From Mustelus asterias (Eukaryota), in NCBI RefSeq assembly GCF_964213995.1, contig NW_027590140.1, positions 372,001 to 436,000 of the forward strand: DNA of 64,000 nucleotides, written 5' to 3'. The translations under genes were made by a program, and so were the position numbers. Positions 59,500 through 64,000 of the stretch are shown piece by piece. The first letter of the stretch is position 1. Every line of letters starts with the position of its first letter. A model generated the notes under the pieces. That model had not been told where the DNA came from. It saw nothing but the letters and a program-made list of their open reading frames with translations, and did no database searches.

Positions 59500-60527
59500 G
59501 CTGACAGTGACTTTCCCAATCAGCGGATCTTCGTCATTTTAGCCATTCTCTTCCTTGTCTTCCGTCACACAATAGACAGGTTTCTCATTTTAAAAAAATA
59601 CTCTGCTTATTTCCACATTTGTCACCTGCCATCGAGACCATGGCCGTGAAGACGATGACTTTGCACCATTGGAACACCCGAGTTCCGCCATCACCAGCTC
59701 AATGTCGCCTTGTCTATCATTCCTTGTGTCAAATTATACATCCTCCCTCGTTTTCTGTGCCCAACCTTACCTTCTGCCCTTTTCAAGGAGTGACCCCTGA
59801 CTTCACAACTAGAAAATTCAGGGGAAACCCATCAGACTAATTAAAATTTGCAAATAAATGAATAATAGAACTGTTCCCTCAGTCTGCAATGAAAATGATT
59901 TGGGAAAACATTCTACCAGTTTCACGCCGTGGCAGGTGGACGCGATAACTGTCGTGGAATTATTCCTGTAATTGGCTGAACACTTCTCTGGTGTTGAAAC
60001 AGTAGGTGGCATTTTGCAGGAGAAGTTTGTGGTGCAAGTGGTCCGGCGTGGAAATTAAAATAACAAATGGATCGTGGGCAGAGCAAATTGTAAAACAAGC
60101 TGTAATCTGTTGGTCTGGCGGTTAGAGTTTGAAACTTTCACTGCTGTTTTGATTGCAGGTCAGGAAATGAAGATTTATTGCTCTCCTCCAATGCGTGAGA
60201 ACAAATATCAGTTATTTCCCGGCAGAAGGCACAAATCTCAGCCTCACCTTGTGTCCTGTCCTTTCTCAAGTGAAGACCCTGAGCAAATTCAACAGGAAGC
60301 CATATTGTCCTTTCTGGGAGACAGACGAGCTTAAGGACAGTGTAAATGGAGCCGGCCCTTCACTGCAGCTCATTGTGTTTCTGACTGGAGATGAGTTTTG
60401 TTTGCTACGCATTTCAGGATCATCTGATTCGGCTCCGATTTCGTCAGGGCCCATCCCAACTCCACGGAGTTTGATATATTTCAGTATTAATGCAATGAAA
60501 CTACATGATTATCGAGCCTTTCCGTGT

Positions 60528-60609
60528 GGTAGCGTGGCCGAGCGGTCTAAGACGCTGGATTTAGGCTCCACTCTCTCTCGAGGCGTGGGTTCGAATCCCA
60601 TCGCTGCCA
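60528..60609 (+). tRNA. tRNA-Leu(TAG), near-intact
   Basis: GGTAGCGTGGCCGAGCGGTCTAAG..CTGGATT-TAG-GCTCCA...GGGTTCGAATCCCATCGCTGCCA; a few stem mismatches; TTTTT downstream. Confidence 0.82.
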
Positions 60610-60694
60610 GAGTTGATGGAAGTTTTTGTCCTTGGAGCTGAAGTCCAACAGCTCGGGTTGAACGCAGGAGTCTGAGCGGTGTCGTTTTTGACAG

Positions 60695-61775
60695 ACGGCC
60701 TTGTACAGAACAGGATATTGCGCTTGACTCATCGATGGACAGTTCCGACACGCCACAGCAAAAAAGCGCACCGACCTCCTCAGAAGACACGTACGGGACA
60801 CAGCCCTCAGAGTGCCCTTCCTCCTCCAGTCCTGCCCCAGAGTGCAGATGCCAAGACATCTTATTCGGAGTGGAGAAGCTATGACATCTTCTTCGGAGCC
60901 TTCAGCGTACAATCGATGAAGACGAATATCACGCGAAGGCCATCTCCACGCCCCCACTACTTGCCTTCAAAAAACAGCGCAACCTCAAACAGACCATTGT
61001 TCGCAGAAAACTGCCCAGCCTTCAAGAGAACAGCGACCACGACACCACACAACCCTGCCACGGCAACCTCTGTAAGATGTGTTGGATCATCGACCCGGAT
61101 GCCACCATCACACGTGAGAACAGAATCCACCAGGTAGACGATACATACACATGCAACTCGGCCAACGTTGTCTACCTCATACGCTGCAGGAAAGGATATC
61201 CTGAAGCATGGTACATCGCCAAGACTATGCAGACGCTACGACAACAGAAGAATGGCAACCGCTCGACAATCACCCGGCAAGAGTATTCCCTCCCTGTCGG
61301 GGAACGCTTAAGCAGTCAAGGACATTCAACCACCGATCTTCGGGTAAGCGGTCTTCAAGGCGGCCTTCAAGACGCACGACAACGCAGTATCGCTGAGCAG
61401 AAACTGATAACCAAATTCCATACACGAGAACGGCCTCAACCGGGACCTTGGGTTCATGTCACACGACTTGTCACCCTCACCATTTGGCCTGGGTTTGCAA
61501 AATCCTACTAAATGGCTTGGCTTGAGACAATTCACACTGCTTTAACCTGTCATTGTCCCCGCTCTCCACTCGCATTGTCTGTACCTGTAAAGACTTGATT
61601 CGCTGTTAAGACACGCATTCCAACCATTATCTTGCAATTGAGTCTGTACCTTTCTATGCCCTGTTTCTGAACCCAACTCTCCACTCACCTGATGGAGGAG
61701 CAGTCCTCCGAAAGCTCGTGCGACCAAGTAAACTGATTGGACTTTAACCTGGTGTTGCGAGACTTCTTACTGTGA
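60695..61775 (+). mobile_element. Penelope-like element 3' fragment (GIY-YIG + pLTR)
   Basis: NVVYLIRCRKGYPEAWYI; same family as the 24.4-26.5 kb element. Confidence 0.9.
61686..61720 (+). ncRNA. Minimal hammerhead ribozyme motif in pLTR
   Basis: CAC-CTGATGG-AGGAG-CAGTC-CTCC-GAAA-GC-TC-GTG (one core substitution). Confidence 0.6.
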
Positions 61776-62295
61776 GGGAGATCAACAATGATTTTACTGA
61801 ATGGCGGAACAGGCCCGAATGAAGGAACAAATGGTCCATTGCAACACCTCTTCCCTATTCTCTTACGTTCTTCTGTTCAGCTCATTGTTCTGAGAACAGA
61901 TTCAAATGGTTCCTGCTACTCCCTCTGACGTCATGAATTGGAGACTGAAGACACTCGGAGCTGATTGGGTGAAATGTAGGATAAAGGAGCTGTGAGCTGA
62001 TTGGGTGTCTCCTGCTGGAAAGGAATGAACCTCTCACCATTGGGGCCGGATATTACTCAACATCTTCTGAACTCTGAACTGAAACAATTGAGCTTTAACT
62101 CATTGAGTTCCCTCAGACATTTGCTGGAGGAACGCTTTTTAATTTGGAAGTCCAAGATAAGTTGATACAACAGGTTGAAAGTAACGAGTCTGTTCTTGAA
62201 TTAAGTGGCATGGGTTCTCAATCTAACCATGCGAACCTTCAGCAGTGGAGTTGAGCATTGTAGTCAGGCCGATTGAGGGCGATATGCTGTCATTT

Positions 62296-62349
62296 GTTTC
62301 TCTACTGTAGTGCTTGTAAAGGACCGCGGTCCGAAACCGGGCAGAAGAA
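62296..62349 (+). pseudogene. tRNA-Val remnant
   Basis: GTTTC...TGTAGTG...CGAAACCGGGCAGAA with an internal deletion. Confidence 0.5.
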
Positions 62350-62419
62350 TATATTAAGGTTTTTCATGTCGGGTGAGAGAAATCTGAATGATTTCAGTTT
62401 GTTGCTGAACATTATCCGA

Positions 62420-63640
62420 ATCTCGATTCATATTATCTTTGCTTGACGTCGGCCTCAAATGCTTCCTGTAAAATAAATGCTGAATATTTTGGCGCACTGA
62501 CAGGAAATAAATGTTTCTATTTTGACAACATGCGCACATTAGCATTTCGTTCAGTCGACAACAGAATTTAATGGGTTAGTAGGTGCAGGCTAACGTAGTT
62601 AATCGCCATCTGAAACATGTCCAATGATAGTGTGTGCTCAAAAAGACAGATACAAGTGAAACTGCACGTGGGCATTGTCAGCTGTTCCTGAAGTGTAGTT
62701 GTTCTCACATTCGCCTCACACGCGAAAAGTCCCCGGTTCGAAACCAGGCAGAAACACTGTTGGATCGGTGTCATTAAGCAAGAGCAAAGTCTGCATGATG
62801 TAAGTTCATAGCTCAACCTCATGCGAATCCGATGTCACGGTCATGTTATATTTCCTTTGATCTCGGCCTCAAAAGCATTTAGGGAAGTCAGAAATGCTGT
62901 CTTTGAGGACGCAGGGAATAAAGAACTCCATTGTTTGTACACATATTCGCAACCCGTGCAGTCCACAAAATAATTTAATGGGTTTAGAGGTGCAGACTGA
63001 CGCAGTTAATCACCATCTGAAATATATCGATTAGTATTATGTGCTCATAAAGACAGACACAATTGAAACTGAAACTGAACGGGAGGAAATAGGCGCATTT
63101 CACAGAAGCACCTTTTAAAAATTGCTCTTCACAGTAAAGAAATAGTTAAAACCACTCAGACAAATGTGGAAATCGAGATTCAGTGCGGACCTCCTGGACT
63201 TCCGATAGATGGACGAGATTTATTATTATCATTATTATTATTATCATTATCTGAGCCTCGTGTTAAAGGCATGTTATCATTGCTCTGACAGGACCCTCAA
63301 ATGCTTTCTGTGAAATCAGAAACGCTTTTTCTTTTGACGCACTGACAAGAAAGTTCGATTTTGACACCGAGCACTTATTCGCATATCGTTCAGTCTACAA
63401 CAGAATTTAATGGGTTTATCGGTGCAGACTAATATGGTTAATCACCATCTGAAATATCTGACAGTAGTGTGTGCTCAAAAATATAGATACAAGTGATACT
63501 GTAAGTGAACTAGAGGAAATGGCGCACATTTCACAGAAGAATCTTTTTTAAAATCGTTTTTCGCCACTAAGAAACAGGAAAAACCACTCAGACAGATGAG
63601 GAAATCGAACCTCAGTGCGGATCGACTGGACTTTTCTGTA
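62420..63640 (+). repeat. Degenerate tandem repeat, ~410-430 bp, 3 copies
   Basis: AATTTAATGGGTT...GGTGCAG...GTTAATC.CCATCTGAAA at ~62565, ~62972, ~63404. Confidence 0.85.
62684..62756 (+). tRNA. tRNA-Val(CAC), mutated
   Basis: TTCGCCT-CAC-ACGCGAA arm and GGTTCGAAACC intact; A box and acceptor substitutions. Confidence 0.75.
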
Positions 63641-64000
63641 AAGGGCCGAAATGTATGCGTCTGAATACATCACGCCCATAATAAAAAAAACGGCTCAAGA
63701 GTCACTCACAGATAATTCTTAACTCTCTCCCATTTAGATGTGGTTGACTTTTAAAAAGCTGACTATGTCCAATCTTACAATTGCGATCTGTATTACCAGG
63801 TGACTCGATCCCTTCTGTTGGTCAGTTATAATTGCAAATCAGTGATGTTCAATTCCTGAGATATTCAATTCATAATGAAGACATATGTGTTAAATAATGC
63901 ATTGATACTAAATATTGAAACAAATACTGAGTACAATTGTACAATGAGCTTTGCCGAAGTGCCATCTGGACTCGAAACCTCAGCCATTTTGACTCCTTAC

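Noticed and set aside
1-64000. CRISPR array or prokaryotic operon
   Set aside because: No regularly spaced short repeats; the content is vertebrate repeats and Pol III genes

Overview
Eukaryotic, repeat-rich DNA from an elasmobranch (shark/ray), judged from HE1 V-SINEs, shark-type CR1 LINEs and Penelope pLTRs. No intact host protein-coding gene is visible. The backbone is a tandem segmental duplication of a tRNA gene cluster: unit A ~10.7-28.6 kb, B ~28.6-43.6 kb, C ~43.6-58.6 kb, with older paralogous pieces at 0.4-4.8 kb and 60.0-60.7 kb. A few tRNAs look intact (Lys-CTT x2, Cys-GCA, Asn-GTT; near-intact Leu-TAG, Val-CAC, Thr-TGT). Most are decayed, including four tRNA-Pro copies with a 17-18 nt insert at the canonical 37/38 intron position. 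Upstream of unit A is a TCR alpha/delta-type V pseudogene with leader exon, V exon and 23-RSS (7.6-8.8 kb). Mobile content: many CR1 LINEs, one with an uninterrupted ORF2 joined to ORF1 through an in-phase U_UUA_AAC -1 slippery site; two Penelope (RT/GIY-YIG) fragments; and many short, often palindromic pLTR remnants with two families of minimal hammerhead-ribozyme motifs. Coordinates were counted by eye, so boundaries of old repeats are approximate.
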